A DNA stretch of 64,000 bases from Eimeria praecox (taxonomy: Eukaryota), in NCBI GenBank assembly GCA_963920595.1, contig OY986947.1:1736001-1800000 (forward strand), written 5' to 3'. A program made the translations under genes and the position numbers. Under the pieces are notes generated by a model, which saw only the letters and a program-made list of their open reading frames with translations, had not been told where the DNA came from and did no database searches. Shown one piece after another: positions 59,871 to 64,000 of this stretch. Numbering within the stretch: position 1 is the stretch's first letter; each line of letters opens with the position of its first letter.

Positions 59871-60678
59871 TATACACTAGGAGCAGATAAACGTATTCTC
59901 CTACAACGGTATGAGTTGTAGTAGGAGGCTGCAGCTTCTGCAAGGGACAGTAGACAGCAGCAGCAGCAGCATGAGCAGCAGCAGCAGCAGCCTGAGCAGC
60001 AGCAGCATGAGCAGCAGCATTAGGAGCAAGCCAGGCAAGCAGAGGTAAGCCCTACCTGTGGCAGTGGTTTCAGCATGTGTCCTTTGAGGGGTTTAGGGGG
60101 AGCAGGAGGAGGAGGTATGTTTTCTTTGTGTGTTTTGTGTTGCTGCAGCAACGTTGCTTCATAATCAAACCACCACTCAAATGCTCGCAGCAGCAGCAAC
60201 AAAGCCACCAGCCCGCTCCGTAGTCTCCTAGCTCCCCCCTCTGCTACCGAAAGCCACCAAGAGCCCCTATCCCTATCCCTACCACCACCACCACCACTAC
60301 CTGCTGCTGCTGCTGCTGCAGCAGCAGCAGCAGGAGCAGCAGCAGCAGGAGCTTGGGGGGGAGCCCGTACATACACCAGCCCCAGCATATGCAAGTAAGG
60401 AGACCAGTAAGGGAAAGCTACAGGATCTGCTAGATATAAAAGAGCATAAATAAAAGAGAAGATATCATGAATAAGACTGAGGTGAGGATAAACAGCAGCA
60501 AGACGATTCCATACATTCTTACGAAGCCACTGCAGCAGCAGCAGCAGCAGCAAACGCCCCCGCAGATACTGCAGCAGAAGACGCAGCCGACACAGCCGTA
60601 GAAATATCCTCACACGATCTATCCATGCTGCTGCTGCTGCTGTTAAACGTAGTGCTGCTGTGTCTGGGATGCTGAGGC

Positions 60679-60713
<35 letters not shown>

Positions 60714-61111
60714 TTGCTGTTGCTGCTGTTGCTGCTGCTGCTGTCGTTCAGCAGCAACAAAACATCCTCTGGCGGCGTAGGAGAAGGAAGGGAGGCCTCT
60801 TGCTGTCTTTTCAGTGCTGCTGCTGCTGCAGCAACTGCGTCTTTTGCTGCTGCTATACGTCTTGAGAATGCTGCTGCTGCTGTTGCTGCTGCTTCGGGGG
60901 CCTCCTGCATCAACCTGTGCTGCTGCTGCAGCTGCCGCCGCAGGTGGGGCAGCAGCACTTCAACAGCAACACAGCAAGCAACCTTCTGTGGTGTCATAGA
61001 ACGAGGAAGAGCAGCAGCAACTGCTGCAGCATCGCGATGGAGTTGCTGCTGCTGCTGCAGCAGCGCCGTTGGTAGATGCAGGGGGATACCGCTGCTGCTG
61101 CTGTTGCTGCT

Positions 61112-61146
<35 letters not shown>

Positions 61147-61495
61147 AGAGCTGCGGGTGGTTGAGACGAGCATACAGTTCAAATACCCTCGCGTCTTCTC
61201 TCCTCATACAGTAGAATCCTTCCGCGAAGGAGGCCCCAGTAAGAACGAAGCTGTGTGTCTCTACAACAGACAGCAGCAGCAGATAGAGCCAATCAAAATG
61301 CTGTTCTATCCACTGCAGCAGAGCAGCAGTATCTGTCCGTAGCAGCAAACCTAACGAGCCTACATCTGCTGCTGCTGCTGCTGAAGCTACAGCCCCTCGT
61401 GCTGCTGCAGCAGCACGACACAGAATCCTCCATACCCACGCTGATAGAAACGAACCCTTCAAAGAGTGAAACTGTGGATGAGGCCTCTGCCGCCC

Positions 61496-61546
<51 letters not shown>

Positions 61547-62023
61547 CTGCTGCTGTTGCTGTTGCTGCTGCTGTTGCTGTCCCGTTCGTGCGTCTGCATC
61601 ACTCGACTCAGCTTCTGTCGCAGCGTCTCCCTGTTGTTGTGCTTCTGTTGCTGCTGCTCTTGCTGCAGCAGCAGATGCAGCAGCAGCAGCAGCAGCAGAG
61701 CTGCTGTCGGCATAGAAACCTTCTAGTGCAATGACACAGTGTCTAAGGGCAGCATACAAACCCTCTAGCAGCTTTTGCTGTGCTAGCAGCTCGAAGAAAG
61801 ATCCCTGCTGCAGCTGTGATGCTCGCTGCAGCAGCTGCTGCTGTCGGAGCAGCAAATCAACCCCTGTTCCTCCTCCTGCTGCTCCTGCTGCTGCAGCAGC
61901 AGCAGTAGAAGCCAAGCGTTGCTGCCGTGCAGCAGCAGCAGCAGCTGCTGCTGCTGCTGCTGCTGCCGGATGCCCCTCTGGCAGCTGCTCATACAACGAC
62001 GTTACAAACGCGTTGTCCGCCAT
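59255..62023 (-). CDS. PEX12: Peroxin PEX12 (Pex2/Pex12 N-terminal domain plus RING); exons 62023-60056 and 59434-59255
   Basis: [47 protein letters not shown] exon DPRICPLC...[10 protein letters not shown]...RCPVTG. Confidence 0.92.
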
Positions 62024-62037
62024 TTTCACAGCAGCAA

Positions 62038-62097
<60 letters not shown>

Positions 62098-62106
62098 AAC
62101 TGCTGT

Positions 62107-62402
62107 CTACGAATCCCAAGCAGGTAGAGAAGATAGGAATAGCTGCAGCTGTTCAGCAAATAGAGGAGAGTCTACGGGTTTAGAAGGTATGAATGTGGGG
62201 TTATTTATAACGAGTTCAATAAATAAAACAATATAAATATGATGGAGGGCAGCAGAGAGATAGGGTACATCCGGAGACGATAGACACACAAAGCCGTACC
62301 CTGTGGCTGTCTCTAAATAATGTAATTTATAATTTGGGGTAGAAAAGCAATTAAAACTGCTGGTGTTATTATTGCTGCTGATGTTACCGCTGTTGTTGTT
62401 GC

Positions 62403-62454
<52 letters not shown>

Positions 62455-62604
62455 TACAGAAGGGCCAACCTGCTCACAGAAACGACGCATAGAATATAAT
62501 AAACCCGCTAGCAGACGCCCTGTCTGCTGCTGCCGTTTTGTTAGGGGGGCCCCGGGGGCCCCTGCTGCTAGGGTATCTAAGGAGAAGCCTCCTTGACTAG
62601 CGTT

Positions 62605-62636
<32 letters not shown>

Positions 62637-62889
62637 CTGCTGCTGCTGCTGCAGCAGCAGGATTACGCTGCAAAGACACGTTCTGGGGTAAGGATGAACC
62701 CTGACGAGAAGAACCCAACGTGCTGCTGCTGCCTCTTTGCTGTTGCTGCGGTGCTGCTGCTCCTGCTCCTGCTGCTGCTGCTGCTGCTGCTGTGTCTGTA
62801 CTCGGTAGAGCAGCGCCTGCGCCTCTCTGTGGATATTGAGCGACAAAGATGCAGCGATTTCGGTGAAATATATAAACAGAATATATCAT
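62107..62889 (-). CDS. BET5: TRAPP complex subunit BET5/TRAPPC1 (sybindin-like), with homopolymer insertions
   Basis: MIYSVYIF..., LLAGLLYSMRRF, FSTPNYKLHYLETATGYGFVCLS, ELVINNP, SPLFAEQLQLFL. Confidence 0.88.
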
Positions 62890-62901
62890 CTTGCCAGCTG
62901 C

Positions 62902-62933
<32 letters not shown>

Positions 62934-63061
62934 TTGCTGTTGCTGCTGCTGCTGATGCAGCAGCACCCGCAATCGTTGCAGCTTCTCCTACAACACAACC
63001 TCTCAGGAGATCTGGTAAGAATGAAGTTGTTAACTAAGCTGCAGCGCATGCGCTAGTCGGC

Positions 63062-63100
<39 letters not shown>

Positions 63101-63247
63101 GCAGCTGCTGCAGCAACCAACACTGTCTGCTTCTCTCTGCTGCTATTAAGGAAGTTTGAGGTGTAGTGACACTCCAGATGAGCTAGAAAAATACACCTCT
63201 CCTTATAACTACCAAGACCAACAGGCAGAGAGACCCCCCCTTAAAGC

Positions 63248-63294
<47 letters not shown>

Positions 63295-63435
63295 CTCGAG
63301 AACAGCAGCAGCAGCAGGCTGCAAAGAAAAGAGAATAAACAACCTCCTCCTGATTTAATGCGTCTCTTTTGGTTCTGTCCTATGTCTTGTCTCTCCCGAG
63401 ACACCAAGCCCCAGGCGGGAGCACGAGCGCCGACT

Positions 63436-63480
<45 letters not shown>

Positions 63481-63661
63481 GCAGCTGCTGCTGCTGCTGC
63501 TGCAGCCCCTACATTGGACCAGCAGCAGCAGCCGCAGCTGCATGCGTGTGAAGGCGTTGAGTATAAGTTGTTTTACTTAAATAGCAAGAAGAATTGAAAA
63601 GCCACAGAGAGTTGCTCTGTGCGTGTTTGCTGCTGCAGCAGCAAAGGCAACAGCAACAGCA

Positions 63662-63703
<42 letters not shown>

Positions 63704-64000
63704 GGGGTTCCCGCAGCCGCCGCGGCAGCTCACTGTTGCTCTAGCGCACTTATTCTTTGAATAAAAGAAAGTGCTAGTATAGAATTGAGGGCTTTAGACT
63801 GTATGTACAGCTGCTGCTGCTGCTGCAGCGAAGCAGCAGCAGCTGGGGGGTTATTGTAAACAATAACTTTCTCTTGAATAGAAGGGAGCAGCAGCAAGTG
63901 CTGCTGCAGCAGCAGCAGCAGCAGCAATGGCGCCTCCTGTACTCTCTGAGTCCGTCCTTGGGGAGGAGGAGGATCAGCAGCAGCAGCAGCAGCTGCTGCA

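Noticed and set aside
63927..64000. Start of a + strand gene (MAPPVLSESV...)
   Set aside because: Truncated by the window edge; too little sequence to support a call

Overview
Eukaryotic DNA with Eimeria-type coccidian signatures (CAG homopolymer repeats, interstitial TTTAGGG, TGCATGCA). Bases 1-13105 hold at least six near-identical 2173-bp tandem units whose short ORFs look spurious. On the minus strand each unit reads as a polycistron-like cluster of about nine box C/D snoRNAs. Their guides match conserved rRNA sites under the D+5 rule: yeast-equivalent 25S G2815, A807, A1133, A1143, A2326 and 18S A28, plus a duplicated candidate guide to the sarcin-ricin loop. The unit also has unassigned structured segments. 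The single-copy flank adds an H/ACA-like RNA and two P-loop (yeast Gm2619) guides, which start about 110 bp after the bystin/ENP1 stop on the same strand; RPL36 is divergent from bystin. The rest of the window contains a hypothetical gene, a GRAB-domain golgin, two paralogous PH-domain genes flanking CBP80/NCBP1, tRNA-Asp, PEX12 and BET5/TRAPPC1. Other oddities are complementary telomeric repeats bracketing introns, an array of duplicated splice acceptors, and a recurrent 14-bp palindrome. rRNA target assignments rely on recalled conserved rRNA sequence, not on this species' rRNA.
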